A DNA stretch of 24,358 nucleotides, taken from the IMG/VR virus record IMGVR_UViG_3300045694_000036, positions 1-24,358 of that record; one strand, given 5' to 3'. Made by a program: the position numbers and the translations under genes. The stretch is from a virus. Its lineage: Duplodnaviria > Caudoviricetes. Positions 8,604-16,078 of the stretch are shown here, in pieces (within the stretch, counting starts at the first letter, position 1; every line of letters begins with the position of its first letter). The notes below the pieces were generated by a model. The model was not told the origin of the DNA. It saw only the letters and a program-made list of their open reading frames with translations, and searched no databases.

Positions 8604-8674
8604 ATTCTGCCCATATGCGGGTAATTGTCAACCCATCAATGGAAAAGATTTGCCATAACAATCCCACATATGGG
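8604..8674. promoter_or_regulatory. pR promoter and OR operators
   Basis: Minus-strand TTGACA (8631-8626)-16 bp-CAGAAT (8609-8604); quasi-palindromes CCCATATGCGGG 8610-8621, CCCATCAATGGA 8632-8643, CCCACATATGGG 8663-8674. Confidence 0.8.
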
Positions 8675-9215
8675 CCACACGATGAGCAAAGCGCGCAAAA
8701 TCCTTGGAGCCAACCTTTCCCGGCTGATGGCCTCAAGCGTCGAATACGGAAGTGCTCCTGCTGTGGAGCGCGCCACGGCCGAGAAAGGCCAGAAGGTGGG
8801 CCGCAGCACGGTGCAGCGCGTAAAGGATGCGGAAACCACCGTCAATTTGGATTACATCGATGTCTTTGCGAAGGTTTTCAGGAAGGAGCCTTGGGAGCTT
8901 CTCCATCCCGCAATGGGCGAAGGCAATGACGCCCCCAATGCCCCCTCCCTCCCCCAAGCTCTAGAGGTGGTGATCGCTGCTATCACGCCCCTGACGCAGC
9001 CTGATCGCAAAGCCCTCGCAGAAGATCTTGCGCTTCTGGCTGTCGCACCAGGTGACGCAGAGACGAAGCAGCGCGTGATGGACGCACTACAAGCGGCGCC
9101 TGCTCAGCAGCCGCGAGCACTGCAAGGCATAGCCGGCCAAGTAGTAGCTAAAAAGCTGGACACTGAGACCGGGGACTTCGTTCCGAATGAACAATCTGGG
9201 AGACAGCCGACTTGA
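8670..9215 (+). CDS. CI-like XRE HTH repressor without evident S24 peptidase domain (start 8670 or 8682)
   Basis: ILGANLSRLM...VGRSTVQRVKDAETTVNLDYIDVFAKVFRKEPWELL; divergent from cro. Confidence 0.85.
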   Translation: MGHTMSKARKILGANLSRLMASSVEYGSAPAVERATAEKGQKVGRSTVQRVKDAETTVNLDYIDVFAKVFRKEPWELLHPAMGEGNDAPNAPSLPQALEVVIAAITPLTQPDRKALAEDLALLAVAPGDAETKQRVMDALQAAPAQQPRALQGIAGQVVAKKLDTETGDFVPNEQSGRQPT

Positions 9216-9997
9216 GCGCAAGACTCGCAACCGGATCACTGCCAGGCATCTACCCGCTCATCGCGCAACGCGATCCGCTCCAAAAGCGCAGCGGCCTGGA
9301 CAACCTTGGCATGGGCTACACCCAGCATGGCGAACAATTCATGCTCAAACCAGGAGGATGCATTGGCGCAGCCGAGTTCATCGGCGCCCGTGTATCTGAT
9401 GCGTGCGGCCTGCCCGCGTGCCAACCCACAATCGTCACCATCGAAACGCTGAGCGGCCGACAAGAGGTATTCGGCTCGCGTATCGAATCAGGGGTGCACA
9501 GCTTCGACCATTCCAGCCCACAGGAATGGAATGCGATACTCACAAGCTGCCACAACGTCAGCGCCTTTTCAGTCTTGCTGGCAATCGACCTGGTGTTAGG
9601 CAACGACGATCGTCATTGGAACAACTGGTTGGTGCAGGTCATAGCTGACGCAACAGGGAAGAACGGCTTCCGGCTCCGCGCCATGGACTTCTCGCGTAGC
9701 TGGCCAAGGCGCCACCCAGCCCAGCATCCACTGCGGCATGCGAGCTTCAATACATGGAACGCTACCCGCGACTGGCCTCTTCTGGGGGCTCAATTTGACG
9801 CGAAGATTTTCCACGCCACTTGTGCAAAAATCGCAGCCCTTCCCGCCAAATGGCTGCGCCGCTCGGTACTTGCCGAGCTTGACGGCGTATTCTTGACAAC
9901 CGCCGAAGTGGATTCATACTGCTTTTGGTGGGAGCGCCACCTGCAAACGCAGGTGATTGAGACGATTCACTCGCTCGAACACGGAGTTTGGCCATGA
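9212..9997 (+). CDS. HipA-like Ser/Thr kinase (HipA_2-type)
   Basis: FMLK...E, catalytic DLVLGNDDRHWNNWL and AMDFS motifs. Confidence 0.85.
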   Translation: MSARLATGSLPGIYPLIAQRDPLQKRSGLDNLGMGYTQHGEQFMLKPGGCIGAAEFIGARVSDACGLPACQPTIVTIETLSGRQEVFGSRIESGVHSFDHSSPQEWNAILTSCHNVSAFSVLLAIDLVLGNDDRHWNNWLVQVIADATGKNGFRLRAMDFSRSWPRRHPAQHPLRHASFNTWNATRDWPLLGAQFDAKIFHATCAKIAALPAKWLRRSVLAELDGVFLTTAEVDSYCFWWERHLQTQVIETIHSLEHGVWP

Positions 9998-10821
9998 GCA
10001 CGACATACCACTACGTCGTCTTGCGCCTCGCCCCCGATCAAATGCGGGGTGAGGTCATCAATGTCGGCGTTGCGCTATTCCCGACAGACGAAGATGCCCG
10101 CGTGGTCACCATGGCGACGCTGAACAAGCTGCGCGCCATTGACGCCACTTGGGACACCCAGCGACTGGCAGCCTGGACGAAGAGCGTGCAAATGGTGCTG
10201 GCGCACGAGCGCGGCATAGCGGCACAAACGCGTGCGCTGGCCCGCTTCGGCTTTTGCGAAGCAGACGCCGTTGGCATGTTCACTGCAGACACCGCGGAAG
10301 ACGTGGCCCAGCGACTCAAAACCATCAAGACCACATACATTGCCAACAAGGCCAACGAAGTCCGCCCCAAGCGCGAGAAGCGCACCCGGCTGCAAACAGC
10401 ACTGCGTGAACAATTCAAGAAGATGCATGTTCTAGGCAATGACGCCGAGGATATAGCCAACCACCTAGTGGTGGCCAATGTGCCAGTACCGGCCCACAGC
10501 GAACTCAAGAATGATTTCGTGTACAAGAACGGCGTGTATCGGATTACGCAGACCATCGACTACCACGTAGCGCCCGACTCCATACACCAAAAGCTGACGG
10601 AAGCATGCGTCAAAAGCACCGCCGCCGAACTGGCCATGAAAACCTATGGTCCACAGACTCAGCGTCTTGCGGTGCTAGACATACCGCACGGCATGGAAGA
10701 TGCCACGGATGCCCATGTGGACCTATTGCTGGCGCAAGGGTTTGAGGTTTTCCACTTTGGCGATAGGCAAAGCATGGGCGAGTATCTCCAGCGCGCCACG
10801 CCTGCCGCCCCCCTCTCTTGA
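9994..10821 (+). CDS. DUF3037 domain protein with DUF1829-like C-terminus
   Basis: YHYVVLRLAPDQMRGEVINVGVAL N-terminus; KNDFVYKNG...QTIDY C-terminus; ATGA-coupled to the kinase. Confidence 0.85.
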   Translation: MSTTYHYVVLRLAPDQMRGEVINVGVALFPTDEDARVVTMATLNKLRAIDATWDTQRLAAWTKSVQMVLAHERGIAAQTRALARFGFCEADAVGMFTADTAEDVAQRLKTIKTTYIANKANEVRPKREKRTRLQTALREQFKKMHVLGNDAEDIANHLVVANVPVPAHSELKNDFVYKNGVYRITQTIDYHVAPDSIHQKLTEACVKSTAAELAMKTYGPQTQRLAVLDIPHGMEDATDAHVDLLLAQGFEVFHFGDRQSMGEYLQRATPAAPLS

Positions 10822-11306
10822 TTCTGGCCCTCCTCTGCCTGATCGTCGGCATCAGCGACGGCGACACTCTCACCGCTCGCTGCCCGACACAGGACGTAGC
10901 CCACCCGTACCAGCAACTCAAAGTACGCATTCAGGGGATAGATGCGCCTGAAAAGAAGCAGCCGTACGGCAACCGTGCGCGCCAGGCGCTATCCGAGTTG
11001 ACCTTCCAGAAGGAAGCGCGGCTGGACTGCCCGAAGACCGACCGCTACAAGCGCCACGTCTGCACGGTGTGGGTTGCGCCAGCATCGGCCCCTGACGGCC
11101 CCAGGACGCTCGATGCTGGCCTGGCCATGGTCACCCAGGGCATGGCCTGGTGGTATCGGGCCTACTCGCGGGAGCAAACGCCCGAGGCTCGCGGGCAGTA
11201 CGATTTCGCCGAGCAGGAAGCCAGGGCCAAGCGCGCTGGGCTCTGGGCCGATCAGCATGCCATCCCGCCTTGGGAATGGCGCAGAGCGAAGAAGGAGCGA
11301 CCATGA
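10818..11306 (+). CDS. Thermonuclease (SNase/ParB-like) family protein
   Basis: DGDT, VRIQGIDAPE, QPYG, DRYKR, GMAWWY, GLWAD...PPWEWR. Confidence 0.95.
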   Translation: MILALLCLIVGISDGDTLTARCPTQDVAHPYQQLKVRIQGIDAPEKKQPYGNRARQALSELTFQKEARLDCPKTDRYKRHVCTVWVAPASAPDGPRTLDAGLAMVTQGMAWWYRAYSREQTPEARGQYDFAEQEARAKRAGLWADQHAIPPWEWRRAKKERP

Positions 11307-11536
11307 CTATCACCACGCGTCTCCAGTACGTCACCATCCGCACTCGCGTTGTGGATGGCAAGCCGCTCATCGGCCTCAAGCACACGGCCAAAGCCGAGGA
11401 TGGCTCACAGATCAAGCACGCCTGGATCGAGATGCCGCCGGAGGATGTGCGACGGCTGGTCTCGACGCTGCAGCAGACGCTGGATGAACTGGACAGGGGC
11501 GGCCGGCCAGCAGGGTATGAGGTGACCAACGGCTGA
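11303..11536 (+). CDS. Hypothetical protein (77 aa, MTITTRLQYV...)
   Basis: AAGGAG RBS; ATGA overlap. Confidence 0.75.
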   Translation: MTITTRLQYVTIRTRVVDGKPLIGLKHTAKAEDGSQIKHAWIEMPPEDVRRLVSTLQQTLDELDRGGRPAGYEVTNG

Positions 11537-11618
11537 TCTTGTGCTGGGTAGGATCGCTGCGCCTACGTAGTTGTCCTACCCCGCTTGTGGCACGGAACTT
11601 ACGCGCTGCGTAGTGCTC

Positions 11619-11630
11619 TGTATATACAAT
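11619..11630 (+). promoter_or_regulatory. -10 box overlapping a palindromic operator of the TA operon
   Basis: TGTATATACA palindrome 11619-11628; TACAAT 11625-11630, 7 nt before the ATG. Confidence 0.6.
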
Positions 11631-11637
11631 TCTTCCT

Positions 11638-11940
11638 ATGCGAATGTTCCTCTCCCCAGCAACGCGCCAGAAGCTGGCTCGGCCCGATCACAACGTTACC
11701 GAGCAAGAGATCATTCAGTGCTTCGCCAACAGGGATCGCGTGTTCCTGACGGACACAAGGCCGGAACATCAGACGCCGGTGCCGACGCAATGGTTTGTCT
11801 CGGAGACAGATTACGGAAGGAAGTTGAAAGTGGTGTTCATCTGTGATCCAGCATCCAAGATTGTGGACATCAAGAGCGCTTACCCTGCTGCCCCGGAGGT
11901 CGAAAGAATTTATACCAAGTACGCAAGCTTACTGACCTAG
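11638..11940 (+). CDS. BrnT/DUF4258-like (RelE-fold) toxin
   Basis: KL...HNVTEQEIIQCF...ETDYGRKLKVVF...IKSAY; upstream of an RHH antitoxin. Confidence 0.75.
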   Translation: MRMFLSPATRQKLARPDHNVTEQEIIQCFANRDRVFLTDTRPEHQTPVPTQWFVSETDYGRKLKVVFICDPASKIVDIKSAYPAAPEVERIYTKYASLLT

Positions 11941-11950
11941 GAGAAAACTC

Positions 11951-12277
11951 ATGAATGAAGACCGCCAGATCGACTATGACAGCGTGGGAATGGACGAAGT
12001 CCATGTAGCCGTCGCTCCGGCTGAACTGTCGGCTGCGCTGGATGACGCACTGGAGCTGCAACCCATCTCCATCCGCCTGCAAAAGGACTTGCTCGACAAC
12101 CTCAAGGCTTTGGCCAAGCTCAACGGACTGGGCTATCAGCCCCTCATCCGCCAGGTGCTGACCCGCTGGGTGGACTGTGAATTGAAGAGCATGCTGCGAG
12201 AGCGGGCATCTCAAGCGCGCCAAGAAGAGCCGCCAATGGCGACCGAGGCAGACGTAGAAATGCGCAAAGCCGCATAA
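11951..12277 (+). CDS. CopG/BrnA-like RHH antitoxin
   Basis: ISIRLQKDLLDNLKALAKLNGLGYQPLIRQVL. Confidence 0.8.
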   Translation: MNEDRQIDYDSVGMDEVHVAVAPAELSAALDDALELQPISIRLQKDLLDNLKALAKLNGLGYQPLIRQVLTRWVDCELKSMLRERASQARQEEPPMATEADVEMRKAA

Positions 12278-12296
12278 GGAAATACCGCCAGACGAC

Positions 12297-12320
12297 AAGC
12301 CCGCCCCGTGCGGGCTTTTT
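12297..12320 (+). terminator. Intrinsic terminator
   Basis: AAGCCCGC-cccgt-GCGGGCTT-TTT. Confidence 0.9.
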
Positions 12321-12353
12321 CATGGGCGAGAGGCGGCCTGCTACAATCCGCCC

Positions 12354-12525
12354 TTGGTGGGATTGCCTCACCAATTGCCTGCAGGCAACGCCGAACGCAA
12401 CGGCACGTCGAACAAGAGCCCTCACGACGAGAAAAACAAAGAGAGCTTCCTGCATAGGATGTGCCGTAACGTGGGCCGCGTAAGTGCCCACGGCCAACAC
12501 ATAGCCCGCCATGAGCGGGCTTTTT
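12354..12525 (+). ncRNA. Candidate structured sRNA (~170 nt)
   Basis: Extended -10 TGcTACAAT 12339-12347, several hairpins, its own terminator, and no RBS-led ORF. Confidence 0.45.
12503..12525 (+). terminator. Intrinsic terminator
   Basis: AGCCCGC-catga-GCGGGCT-TTTT. Confidence 0.9.
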
Positions 12526-12565
12526 CACGTCTGGGGCTACCATGCGCTTTCACCAAGGAGGCATC

Positions 12566-12646
12566 ATGGGAAGGGCAATGACGATCCTGGCCATCATTGG
12601 CGTTCTGGCGGCCCTGTACTTCTCCTGGCGGTACGGGGTGTACTGA
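12566..12646 (+). CDS. 26-aa hydrophobic peptide MGRAMTILAIIGVLAALYFSWRYGVY, not in ORF track
   Basis: AAGGAGG RBS, TACCAT -10 at 12537-12542, single transmembrane helix. Confidence 0.65.
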   Translation: MGRAMTILAIIGVLAALYFSWRYGVY

Positions 12647-12655
12647 GCCTGGGCG

Positions 12656-12678
12656 AAAAAAAGTCGCCCTAAGGCGAC
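12656..12678 (-). terminator. Intrinsic terminator for the minus-strand gene
   Basis: A7-GTCGCC-ctaa-GGCGAC. Confidence 0.8.
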
Positions 12679-12698
12679 CGCACAGGCAGAGCTACCGC

Positions 12699-12896
12699 TT
12701 ACCCATAGATCTCACGCGCCATCACTGTATGGCGCAGAGCTGAAATCTGTTGCTGCTGTTCTTCCTCCTCCTTCTTGCCTGGAGGCGATGGCTTTTGCTG
12801 CTCTTGTGGCGGCGAGTTGCCGGCCATGGGGAACAGCATGTTCTTCGTGACTTCCCAGAAGGAAAGACTACCGATGGGGATGGCGCGTGTTGACAT
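12699..12896 (-). CDS. Hypothetical low-complexity protein (65 aa)
   Basis: GGAGGT RBS and its own terminator. Confidence 0.65.
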   Translation of the reverse strand: MSTRAIPIGSLSFWEVTKNMLFPMAGNSPPQEQQKPSPPGKKEEEEQQQQISALRHTVMAREIYG

Positions 12897-13038
12897 ATAG
12901 ACCTCCGGTCTAGGGTGGCAAGTCGGATCGACTACCTACGCTCACAGTACTCCGAATAAAGACCTTAAACCGCGCACTTCGAAAAGTTAGCCTGGGGCGA
13001 ACCCTCCCATGTAACAGCCCACACAGCCCCACGGAATA

Positions 13039-13054
13039 CTGTTTAAATATACAG
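13039..13054. promoter_or_regulatory. LexA (SOS) box
   Basis: CTGTTTAAATATACAG fits CTG-N10-CAG with an AT-rich core, 20 bp upstream of the 13075 ATG. Confidence 0.85.
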
Positions 13055-13074
13055 TCATCTACTAGGAGCTGACC

Positions 13075-13380
13075 ATGGAAACCGTCACCGAAACCCAGTA
13101 CATCGTCGCGCTGCGCGACGCCCCTGACAGCCTGCCGGCTGCCGCCAAGATAGCTGCGGAGACCCGCTACGCCCGCGAGCTTGAGCGCGCGCTGGGCGGC
13201 CCCGACCAGGTGGCCGCTGCGCTCGACTCCATCTACTCGCTGGAGGGCGCGGACGTCATCACGGCCGCCGACAAGAAGCTGGCCGAACGCTGGCAGAGGG
13301 CCTCGACTGTCGCCCGCGACCGCGCCCTGGCCCAGATCGGAGAAGTTGAGGAGGCCTACTTCGAGGTGCGCCTGCCATGA
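13075..13380 (+). CDS. SOS-regulated hypothetical protein (101 aa)
   Basis: AGGAG RBS; strong codon bias. Confidence 0.85.
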   Translation: METVTETQYIVALRDAPDSLPAAAKIAAETRYARELERALGGPDQVAAALDSIYSLEGADVITAADKKLAERWQRASTVARDRALAQIGEVEEAYFEVRLP

Positions 13381-13802
13381 AGTCCGTGGACTACTACCGA
13401 TGGAAGGTGAAGGACCGCCTGGGCAAGTGGTACACCACCCGGCACGAGGCGAGCGAAGAACAGATCCGCAAGGAGCACCCGGAGGCGGTCCGCCTTGACC
13501 ACACGAAGGTCACGCGGCAGATCCCGGAAACCACCGCAGAAATGAACCAGCGCATGTACATGCGACCCTTCGAGGGTGCACAACAGCCGGAGCACCCTGT
13601 AGGCCCTACCCTGCTCCGCTTCCCGTTCTGGGCCAACCCGACCGTGCTGGATGAGCGGCCCCTAACGCTGCCAACTGAGGCCTACAGCGTGGAGAACCTG
13701 GAGGGCGGTCGCTCCATCGTGAAGGTGCGCGCTACAGGGGAAGTGGTGTTCGATGGCGCAGGGCCTGCGCAGGTTATCGACAACCCGTATCCGCCGTTCT
13801 GA
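13377..13802 (+). CDS. SOS-regulated hypothetical protein (141 aa)
   Basis: ATGA-coupled, GAGGT RBS, followed by a terminator. Confidence 0.85.
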   Translation: MKSVDYYRWKVKDRLGKWYTTRHEASEEQIRKEHPEAVRLDHTKVTRQIPETTAEMNQRMYMRPFEGAQQPEHPVGPTLLRFPFWANPTVLDERPLTLPTEAYSVENLEGGRSIVKVRATGEVVFDGAGPAQVIDNPYPPF

Positions 13803-13820
13803 GCGCCCCACCACCAAGAG

Positions 13821-13847
13821 AGCCGCCCATCGAGGCGGCTTTTTTTT
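13821..13847 (+). terminator. Intrinsic terminator
   Basis: AGCCGCC-catcga-GGCGGCT followed by a T-run. Confidence 0.9.
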
Positions 13848-13871
13848 GATCTCTAGGGCCATACTCTCGGC

Positions 13872-14483
13872 ATGGCTCAACAGAACGACAGTACGAACTT
13901 CATCCCAGGGATGGACGGCGGCGACGAGGAACGTCGAGCATTGGCCGATGAAGCGTTCCGCGTTCACGGCAAGGTCGTGCACAACGCCGCGCTGGCCGAC
14001 TCTTACATGTACGAGGTCTTTCACCACTACGCGGGCACAACGCGTGCGATAGCACAGGCCATTTTCTTCACTCTGGATTCATCCAAGGCCCGCCACACGC
14101 TTACCACGCGAACAGCAAGAGCAGCCAAGGCAGACGATGGTGCGCTAAAGGCAATCGACAAGCTTGCGGCGGCAATCAGCAAAACCTTGGAGCACAGGAA
14201 TTCCATCGCGCACGCATTCCTGCTGCAGGATGACCAAATTTTCTCTGATGGCGAAATCAGAGTGGTGAACCCGAAGGCCGTTCACGCAAGTGGTCGGCGA
14301 GGGAAGTCGGCAAATCCAAGCTCTCCAGCAAATCCAGGGCATCCGACCAGTACAGTCTCCCTGACTTCACTACAGCAGTCGTTGCGCGCTTCAGATCAGA
14401 ATCTGAGGGCGGCCACACTGGCATTTCGTGCGCTATGCCGCAGCATCGGAAGGCGATCGAAAGTAACTCTCGCGCTTTCCTAG
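13872..14483 (+). CDS. Helical protein with HEPN-like RxxxxH motif
   Basis: LEHRNSIAHA at about 14196-14213 after an amphipathic helix; stand-alone transcription unit. Confidence 0.65.
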   Translation: MAQQNDSTNFIPGMDGGDEERRALADEAFRVHGKVVHNAALADSYMYEVFHHYAGTTRAIAQAIFFTLDSSKARHTLTTRTARAAKADDGALKAIDKLAAAISKTLEHRNSIAHAFLLQDDQIFSDGEIRVVNPKAVHASGRRGKSANPSSPANPGHPTSTVSLTSLQQSLRASDQNLRAATLAFRALCRSIGRRSKVTLALS

Positions 14484-14588
14484 CCTCGTCCGCGACGTCA
14501 ATGTAGTAGCCCTCCTCTCCCGTCAAGCTGGAGAGCCGAGGAGCCAAGGCCACCAGCGCCTCAAGAGGCACCCTCACCACACCATCAG

Positions 14589-14615
14589 GCCCGCCTACCT
14601 CGGCGGGCTTTTTTT
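14589..14615 (+). terminator. Intrinsic terminator upstream of pL
   Basis: GCCCGCC-tacctc-GGCGGGC-T7. Confidence 0.9.
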
Positions 14616-14668
14616 CGTCTGCTTGTTGGGTGGGCATGGGGGGAGTGTAGGCGAATTCGCAAGCACTA

Positions 14669-14709
14669 CCCATACGTGGGTTGACAAACTACCCATAATT
14701 GGGCAGACT
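14669..14709 (+). promoter_or_regulatory. pL promoter and OL operators
   Basis: TTGACA 14681-14686, 17 bp, CAGACT 14704-14709; CCCATACGTGGG 14669-14680 and CCCATAATTGGG 14692-14703 match the OR sites. Confidence 0.85.
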
Positions 14710-14856
14710 AGCACCCATCGCAGCACAAACCGCGAAACACCCCAGGGGCAAGCGACACGGCCCCGAAGCTCAACGAAGCAGCAGGCGGGGTTAGCTCCAC
14801 AGGGGTGAAGCAGGGAGTGCAGGCGATGGGGTCAATCCATCGTGAGTAGCCCGTCA

Positions 14857-14869
14857 TGGCCTTTAACAA
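14857..14869 (+). promoter_or_regulatory. boxA-like antitermination site
   Basis: TGGCCTTTAACAA versus consensus TGCTCTTTAACAA, about 150 nt after pL. Confidence 0.6.
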
Positions 14870-15075
14870 GAGAGCGATGTGATGGACGGCGGCGTGGAGA
14901 GATTGCGGTATGGACACCCGTCATCAGCGCAGACACGCAGGAATGCAAAGCCGGGCCAGGCGATGGATTGACCATCGACGCGATTCGTCGCGGATTGGCA
15001 AAGCAGGACGCCTAACGGCACGAAGCCCATGAGCCCAGCAGGAGTAGCGCCCTGCCCGTCCATCACATCGCTCTC
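14870..15075 (+). ncRNA. tRNA-shaped structured RNA module 1
   Basis: Perfect 20-bp inverted repeat 14870-14889/15056-15075 with a stacked 5-bp arm GCAGG/CCTGC (15038-15055) and a GCGTG/CACGC arm. Confidence 0.6.
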
Positions 15076-15566
15076 GAAACAGCTCCTGCGGTTCCGCCCT
15101 CACGGGAAGCGACAGCAGGCACAAGCCGGGAGTGGGGTAGCTCCGAATCCGGATAGGCAACTGCAGGGCCGAATGCCTGCATACGCGGGATGCAACAGAG
15201 GCGGTCTCTCCCCCTCCCGTGCCGATCAACCACCAGGCAGCCCAGCGCTGCGAAGGAGAACACATGACCCCCGACTGAGCCGGACGACCCGGCCGCACAA
15301 ACCCCTGACCCATCAGGCAAGGGGCCGCGAAAGCCGCGCGACAGACGGCGTGGGATTCAAGTTGGCCGATGGCTGCGGGAGCGCCCACCCCGCGACAGCC
15401 AGGAGACGCCGCCACAACGCACACGCAGCCTCAGAGCGTCATAGCTTGGGCCTAGACCTTCCCTCAGTGGAGCCGGATTGAGTAACCGGCGAGCCCTTCT
15501 CACGAGGGGCGAAATCAGAGCCTTGCGTGCAGGGCTGTGGTTTTCAACCACACACAGGAGACCGCC

Positions 15567-15746
15567 ATGCGCTGCCAGCTTTGCACCAGCGACCGCACCA
15601 CCGCCATTGCCACAGGCAAGCCCTGGCAGCGCCTGCACTGCTTGTCCTGCGGCGGCCAGCACTTCCAGGGGCTGGCGATCACCAAAGCCCAGTGGGAGCG
15701 CTGGGTGAATTTCGAGAGCGCCGAGCTGGAAGGCCGGGCGCTGTAA
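15567..15746 (+). CDS. Small zinc-ribbon protein (59 aa)
   Basis: CQLC...CLSC; CAGGAGA RBS. Confidence 0.75.
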   Translation: MRCQLCTSDRTTAIATGKPWQRLHCLSCGGQHFQGLAITKAQWERWVNFESAELEGRAL

Positions 15747-15772
15747 CCACCCCCCACACACAGGAGAGAGAC

Positions 15773-16078
15773 ATGACCGTCCGGCAAGAAAACAGGTGGC
15801 GGCGAACGCTCCACCTAATCAGCCAGCAGCGCAACGACCTCATCAGAGAAATGGAGGCCGCAACTATGGAGCGTCGTCCGAGGCAGGCCGCAATAAAGCC
15901 GATCAGCGACGGAGCGCGCCGCAGAGATGTGCGCGCGTGGATGCGTCACAACGCGAAGCACTACGAAACAGCGACCCAACTTGCCGAGGCTGCGAACGCT
16001 GTTTTCCGGCTGCCCGGTGATGGTCTTGATGACGAGACCCACTGGGTCTGGGATGAGGCCGCAGAAGCCACCCAGTAA
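15773..16078 (+). CDS. Hypothetical protein (101 aa)
   Basis: CAGGAGA RBS, ATG at 15773. Confidence 0.7.
   Translation: MTVRQENRWRRTLHLISQQRNDLIREMEAATMERRPRQAAIKPISDGARRRDVRAWMRHNAKHYETATQLAEAANAVFRLPGDGLDDETHWVWDEAAEATQ

Noticed and set aside
7213-8658. 481-aa plus-strand ORF
   Set aside because: Antisense shadow of cro, GIY-YIG and small genes, with no recognisable motifs.
11618-11633. Second SOS box (CTGTATATACAATTCT)
   Set aside because: Lacks the CAG half-site; better explained as the TA operator and -10 box.
12354-12581. 75-aa ORF
   Set aside because: TTG start with no RBS, and it reads through a strong terminator; the sRNA interpretation is preferred.
14257-14673. 138-aa minus-strand ORF
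   Set aside because: Spans a terminator (the KKPA...G artefact), overlaps the HEPN-like gene and has no RBS. A short real product cannot be fully excluded.
14708-15481. Short ORFs in the pL leader (for example 15029-15481)
   Set aside because: No RBS and atypical composition; the region is dominated by RNA stems.
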